Shown here: piece by piece, positions 23,024 to 27,958 of the stretch | How positions within the stretch are numbered: position 1 is the first letter of the stretch | Layout of the letters: the number at the start of each line of letters is the position of its first letter | Source of the DNA: a virus | Taxonomy: Duplodnaviria; Caudoviricetes | DNA: 27,958 nt | Virus record (IMG/VR): IMGVR_UViG_3300037045_000206 | Coordinates: 1-27,958 of that record | Reading direction: 5' to 3' (one strand) | Program-made: the position numbers and the translations under genes | The notes under the pieces: generated by a model | What the model saw: only the letters and a program-made list of their open reading frames with translations | Told to the model about the DNA's origin: nothing | The model's database searches: none

Positions 23024-25936
23024 ATGCCCCAGACGGTGACCCAGGAACTCGCGTTGATCATCAAGGCGCAGGCGGCTCAAGCAATTGAAGCACTCGAGAA
23101 CTATGAGCAATCTGTCGGGAAAGCCTCCGAGGCGATGAAGGAGTCAGGCGATACCGCTGAAAAAGCCTCCGACGCGACCGAGCAGGCAGCTAAATCCAAC
23201 GAGAAAATCACGGAGACCGAGGTCAGGAAAGCCAAGGCCGTGGATTTCAGTATTAATTCGTTGATGAAACAGATCGGTGCATATACATCGGTCGCAGTCG
23301 TCATTGGAAAGGTAATCCAGCTATATAGGGAAAGCTTCGAAGCTGGTGAGAACCTTGTGACCACCGATGCGAAACTCGAAGCTGTGATCAGAGCGACCGG
23401 TAAGGCTTCAGAGATGTCGCTTGCGCAGATCGGTCTTTGGGCAGAAAGCCTGAGAGAGGCAACCGGGGTGTCCGAACAGCAGATCAAGGACATGGCTGCT
23501 GGGCTGACTACGTTTAAGAAAATTGGTTCGGATATCATTCCTGAGGTCCTGGAACTATCGATCGATCTTGCCAAGACTTGGGGTGATAGCCTGCCTTCGG
23601 CATCGAAAAAGCTTGGTAGAGCTCTGGAAGATCCAATCAAAGGTATGAATCAGCTTGAGGAATCCGGAGTCATGCTGGATTCCCAGATGAAGACGGATAT
23701 CACCTCAATGGTGGAGATGGGTGACACAGCTGGGGCTCAGCGAATATTACTCGATGCGCTGAGCTCTCGAGTGGGTGGAGTCGCCACTTCGATGGCAAAT
23801 GCACTTGGCCCTTTGAACCGTTATAAAACAGTCCTGGGTGAGATAAAAGCTGAGATAGGAAAGGAGTTCTTAAATATTCCAGGACTTGAGGCTGCAGCGA
23901 GATCCTTGAATGCATTTCTTGCGAATCTTAAATCCGGTAAAGTCGCCTTGAATCTCAATGACAAGATGCTTACGGGTCAGCTCGACGAGTATCTTGCAAC
24001 ACTTAACAGTACTGAATTGGAAATAGCCTTGAAGGTTGTGACCGATAAAGAATCTGCAAAAGAAGTCTTGCATATGCAGGCGAACTATATCGCGAACCAA
24101 GAGATTATGGCAAAGGCTATCTCTACCAGACTTGATACCCAGCGAGAGATTGAAGCTAAGGAAGTAGCCGCGGCGGAAGCTGCAGCAAAGAAAGCCGAGA
24201 CGGAAGCATGGATAGCCGATGAACTTCGGAAACAGCAAGACGCCACACTCATTCTCGCTGGGCTGTACTCGGGAACTGAAGAAGGTCGAAAATCCGCACT
24301 GGAAGAACAGATATCCCTACTTCAAAAGCAGAAGTCCATAGATGATGAGCTCGTAGCACGCAGGGGCTATATCGATCAATATGGTAATGAGGAGAACCGG
24401 AACCGACTGGCAGCGGCCATTGAACGTCTTGGGATGTACGATGCCATCATCGCAGCCAGGCAGGCTGAACTGGCTGATATGACGAATCTAGAAACTCCGG
24501 TCATAGAGGACTACATAATCAAGATCCTGGGTAAATCCGCAGATGCCTTTGTCCTCGATATTCCCGTTTCCTTTGATTTCGATGGCGACCGTAGCCAGAA
24601 AAAACTCCTGGAGGAGCAGCTGTCGGCGCTCAAGAGCCAGATCAACAAGCTCTGGTCCGCAGGCCCATCCGAGGGCGATACGGGAGCATGGCAGGAGAGT
24701 CTGGAGGTCCTCGCGGGAAAATACAGCGATATAGCGGGATCCATCAAGGGCATCACCGATGCCGAGAACATCCAGGCGCGCGCCCAGGAACTTCGGGAGT
24801 CCTTGCTCACCGAAGAGCAACTGGCGATACGGAAGAAAGTTGCCTATGAGAAGGAGCTGCTGTCACTCGAAGCCGATGGACTGATCACTCACCTTGAGAG
24901 GCGCGATCTTTGGGATAAGGAGTATGGGCAGATCGCCAGGATTATGACAGCCGGTGAGATGCTCGACCAGGGTTTTAAGGACATGGGCGATACTCTTTAT
25001 AAACAGCTGTTAAACGCTGAATCATTAGGATCATCTTTATCAGGAATGTTCGCGGATATTGGAGCCGCAGCCGCTTCAGGTGGCAGCGGTATCGATGCGA
25101 TCGGTGAGAGCGCGAGCCAGTTCCTGCAGTCCATGCTCGGACAGATTTCCTCGATGGCGCTGGCTTCTGGCTTACGCATCCTTGCGGAGACCGGTATCGC
25201 TGGCCTTCCCATCGCCTTGGGGCTGTTCGCCATCGGGGGTGTGGCGGGGATCACCTCCGGGCTGGCAGGAGGTAGTGGCGCAGGGCTGGATGACTCAATC
25301 CTTTCCGCGATGGAGGATGAGGTCAAGGCGAGGGGAAAATTGGCCGACTCCATCAACGATTCCATCGATCAGGAATATCAATTGCTTAAAAGGCAGCTTG
25401 ATCGCAATCTGATCAGCGTCGAGGAATTCAAGGCGGGTGCCACCGATCTGCAGTCCCAGCGGAATTACGAGGATGCGAAAGTCGCCTTGTCGTCGGCGAC
25501 ATCCTCGGCTGTATCAAGCCTGGACGAGGAACTGGCCGGGATGTCGGGATGGTCAAAGTTCTGGTCTGGACGCGATGAGGAGATCGCAAAGCAGGCCGCT
25601 CAGATCCAGGCTCTCTTTGATGCGATCGACACGGTCACCGATGCTGATCAGCTTCGTACCATAATGGCCCGGCTTACGGATCTGGGAGTCGACACCTCAG
25701 CTGTTCCCGCCTTCGCGAATGGCGGGGATTTCATCACGAATGGACCCCAGATAATAAAAGTCGGCGACAACATCGGCGGCCGTGAACATGTGCGTATCAC
25801 ACCGATCGGCAATGGCGGCGCGACAGGATCCGCCAGCCAGATCATCAATATCAACGGAGATGTCTACGGTATTGAAGACCTTTACGGAAAGCTACAGGCA
25901 GCCGGGGTGAAGCTGGGAAGGAAAAAACTGGCATGA
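23024..25936 (+). CDS. Tail tape measure protein
   Basis: 970 aa, Ala-rich helical; KKLGRALEDPIKGMNQL, a Gly-rich hydrophobic stretch, and C-terminal PAFANGG...GPQIIKVGD. Confidence 0.92.
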   Translation: MPQTVTQELALIIKAQAAQAIEALENYEQSVGKASEAMKESGDTAEKASDATEQAAKSNEKITETEVRKAKAVDFSINSLMKQIGAYTSVAVVIGKVIQLYRESFEAGENLVTTDAKLEAVIRATGKASEMSLAQIGLWAESLREATGVSEQQIKDMAAGLTTFKKIGSDIIPEVLELSIDLAKTWGDSLPSASKKLGRALEDPIKGMNQLEESGVMLDSQMKTDITSMVEMGDTAGAQRILLDALSSRVGGVATSMANALGPLNRYKTVLGEIKAEIGKEFLNIPGLEAAARSLNAFLANLKSGKVALNLNDKMLTGQLDEYLATLNSTELEIALKVVTDKESAKEVLHMQANYIANQEIMAKAISTRLDTQREIEAKEVAAAEAAAKKAETEAWIADELRKQQDATLILAGLYSGTEEGRKSALEEQISLLQKQKSIDDELVARRGYIDQYGNEENRNRLAAAIERLGMYDAIIAARQAELADMTNLETPVIEDYIIKILGKSADAFVLDIPVSFDFDGDRSQKKLLEEQLSALKSQINKLWSAGPSEGDTGAWQESLEVLAGKYSDIAGSIKGITDAENIQARAQELRESLLTEEQLAIRKKVAYEKELLSLEADGLITHLERRDLWDKEYGQIARIMTAGEMLDQGFKDMGDTLYKQLLNAESLGSSLSGMFADIGAAAASGGSGIDAIGESASQFLQSMLGQISSMALASGLRILAETGIAGLPIALGLFAIGGVAGITSGLAGGSGAGLDDSILSAMEDEVKARGKLADSINDSIDQEYQLLKRQLDRNLISVEEFKAGATDLQSQRNYEDAKVALSSATSSAVSSLDEELAGMSGWSKFWSGRDEEIAKQAAQIQALFDAIDTVTDADQLRTIMARLTDLGVDTSAVPAFANGGDFITNGPQIIKVGDNIGGREHVRITPIGNGGATGSASQIININGDVYGIEDLYGKLQAAGVKLGRKKLA

Positions 25937-27861
25937 GTATAGACGATGTCCGGATTCTGCTGACGATAAATAGCGAAGAACATGAAGTCTCACACCTGCT
26001 TATCGCGAATAGCCTCAGCATAAACGAGAGCATATGCAACTCAGAGTATAAAAGCACGATCAACAACGCCTCCTGGTCCATCAGATATGATGAAGGGATT
26101 TTCAATCTTCTCAAGGACACCACGGATATTATCCTGGTGCGGGTTCTTGAGGCCAACGGTTCATGTCTTTTCGATGGCCAGATGGAACCGGTGTTCACCG
26201 ATGATTGGATGATTCCGACGAAACCCTCTCCCATCCGTCTTGAGGCGGTTGATTTCACCGTGGCTCTGGACAAGATGATATCCACTTCCGTCAGCTATCC
26301 TACGCTTGTCGATGATTCGGCTTTCTATATCTATCGGCGAGGGCATGAGTCCACATCGATCCTCTTCCAATTGCTCGATCTCGCCGGACTCAGTGACCGG
26401 ATATCCACGGATGCACCCGATATCCTGGATACGGTTGTTCATTTTTCAGCCACCAAGGGCGAGGTGACATACCGGGCGTTGATTGATCCGCTTCTGGCCG
26501 AGCACCTGCATGTGATCACAGCCATCGATGGCGATGGGATCACTTGGACGAAGACCGCGCATACGTTTATAGGATCCGTCGACCTGATTGATGAAACGAA
26601 AATACTGGCCAGCCCGGACGCTCCCAGATTCTCCATGAAAAAACGCTATGATGTGCATGACGGGGTGCGAATCAGATGGCCGAGGACCAAGGTCATGGGA
26701 AGTGCTTTGCTTTGGCGCGGGAGCTTGCCGACCGGCGGTACCGAGGATCCCTTGCCTGGTGAGCCGATCGCGGCTGGAGACTATTGGCCAGAGGATACCG
26801 ATATCGTCGAGACCTGGATGGACTTCGAGACCACCTATCTGGATACCGATTATCTAAGTGGCGCATCAAGGCTGAAGAACGACGATCTCAGCCTGATCGC
26901 GTCGTCGGACCATCGTATCCAGGATTCCAAGGATGCCGGAGTGGCGCTGGATCCTATCGATGAGTCGCATGCAGTTGTATATGAATCCCTCCGGGCACGT
27001 ATAAGGTATAGAAACAATGGCGCTTCGGCTTTAAATCTCTATTGGTCGGAAATCTATGGCAAGGCGTTGATCCGGACCAACTTGGTTAAGCAATCCTATC
27101 CCGAGAGTGCGTCCGATCCCAGCGATTATCCCACATCCTATATATATAACACTCAAGCCGCGCAGACGCTCTTGGAAGCTCTGTGGATGCGGCATATCAA
27201 GGGGTGCTGGGATTTATCCTGGTCGACTTTGTCTAAGCATGAGCTCGGTTGTGTGGTCCATCTGACCCAGGGCACCAAATACGATGGGTATGCACTCATC
27301 GTCAGCCGGTCCAGATCTTACGATTTTTCCGGCGTCTGGACTTACCAAGGGGTCAGCACTCACGCTGTCCAGATTGTGGATTCCTACGTGACGGCGGGTA
27401 TCAGTAGCGGATCCAGCCATACCCCCCTGCGATTGCTCACCCAGTACGCTGCTATGATAACCGGAGATTGGCATAGCATCCCTACTGATGCGGATTATTA
27501 CATGAGGTCCTCCAGTGATGGTGGTTTCACCTGGTCAACAGCCATTCGCATTAAAGGGGAGCAGGGTGAGCAGGGCGAACAGGGCGAGGCCTACGTGACG
27601 GTGGTCGAGTCATCCAACGGGGATGTGTTCAAACCCGGAGAGGCGATGAACACCACGTTGCGCGCGAGGGTGCTGCTCAACGGGGAGGAGGTGACCGCAT
27701 CCATACCCGACTCGGCTTTCAGCTGGAGACGCAAGAGCTTCTACGAGCCGAACGACGACGCGCTTTGGAATTCCAACCATACGGCTGGATATCGCACGAT
27801 CGATGTCACCGCGGACAACGTGCACGCAAGGGCCACGTACTTCTGCGACATCGTAAAATAG
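25933..27861 (+). CDS. Tail tip/hub structural protein
   Basis: 642 aa directly after the tape measure; IRLEAVD hub-like motif, short (GEQ)n repeat, C-terminal SSNGDVFK...TTLRARV...FSWRR domain seen in siphophage tail proteins. Confidence 0.75.
   Translation: MSIDDVRILLTINSEEHEVSHLLIANSLSINESICNSEYKSTINNASWSIRYDEGIFNLLKDTTDIILVRVLEANGSCLFDGQMEPVFTDDWMIPTKPSPIRLEAVDFTVALDKMISTSVSYPTLVDDSAFYIYRRGHESTSILFQLLDLAGLSDRISTDAPDILDTVVHFSATKGEVTYRALIDPLLAEHLHVITAIDGDGITWTKTAHTFIGSVDLIDETKILASPDAPRFSMKKRYDVHDGVRIRWPRTKVMGSALLWRGSLPTGGTEDPLPGEPIAAGDYWPEDTDIVETWMDFETTYLDTDYLSGASRLKNDDLSLIASSDHRIQDSKDAGVALDPIDESHAVVYESLRARIRYRNNGASALNLYWSEIYGKALIRTNLVKQSYPESASDPSDYPTSYIYNTQAAQTLLEALWMRHIKGCWDLSWSTLSKHELGCVVHLTQGTKYDGYALIVSRSRSYDFSGVWTYQGVSTHAVQIVDSYVTAGISSGSSHTPLRLLTQYAAMITGDWHSIPTDADYYMRSSSDGGFTWSTAIRIKGEQGEQGEQGEAYVTVVESSNGDVFKPGEAMNTTLRARVLLNGEEVTASIPDSAFSWRRKSFYEPNDDALWNSNHTAGYRTIDVTADNVHARATYFCDIVK
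27556..27588 (+). repeat. Collagen-like 9-bp tandem repeat (GEQ x3 + GE)
   Basis: ggggagcag ggtgagcag ggcgaacag ggcgag. Confidence 0.8.
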
Positions 27862-27871
27862 GAGGGTTGCA

Positions 27872-27958
27872 ATGGCAACTTTGGTATCGACCGGTCAGTT
27901 CACGATAACCGACCACAACGATGCGGTGAGCATCACCAGCTTCATCAACTCCAGCCGC
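27872..27958 (+). CDS. Start of the next tail protein (truncated)
   Basis: AGGAGG SD then MATLVSTGQFTITDHNDAVSITSFINSSR, resembling the GQFTIxDxND start of siphophage tail proteins. Confidence 0.7.
   Translation, partial: MATLVSTGQFTITDHNDAVSITSFINSSR

Larger units (their letters stand above)
1..27958. mobile_element. Mu-like transposable prophage with siphovirus-type tail (internal part; both ends outside the window)
   Basis: MuA-like transposase next to MuB-like ATPase, GemA and DUF3164 early genes, gp27-gp28-gp29-MuF-protease head gene order, tail tube, chaperone and tape measure with no sheath gene. Confidence 0.95.

Noticed and set aside
1-27958. CRISPR array, tRNA/rRNA, DGR reverse transcriptase, invertase, Mu ends
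   Set aside because: No repeat-spacer array, RNA gene or such enzyme motifs seen by eye; both window edges fall inside genes.

Overview
The whole window is the interior of a Mu-like transposable prophage with a non-contractile (siphovirus-type) tail; neither end of the element is visible. A leftward early operon (DUF3164, GemA/gp16-like, wHTH protein, MuB-like ATPase, MuA-like DDE transposase, two small HTH proteins, one unknown) diverges from a CI-like repressor, as in the B3/BcepMu layout. An AT-rich accessory island (about 6740-10750) holds a small membrane protein, a HEPN protein, an NdpA/YejK-like gene paired with a membrane protein, and a candidate type I toxin-antitoxin locus missed by the ORF track. 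The rightward late region runs: holin-like gene, two nested membrane-protein ORFs, gp25/gp26-like genes, terminases, portal, MuF, a Tad2-like (DUF2829) fusion, protease/scaffold, decoration protein, lambda-E-type capsid, neck, tail tube, frameshifted chaperone, tape measure and tail-tip proteins. The best candidates for new biology are the NdpA + membrane-protein pair, the cryptic type I TA, the Tad2 fusion, a possible portal-MuF frameshift fusion and a lysis module with no visible endolysin. All family calls come from motif recognition and synteny; no database search was run.
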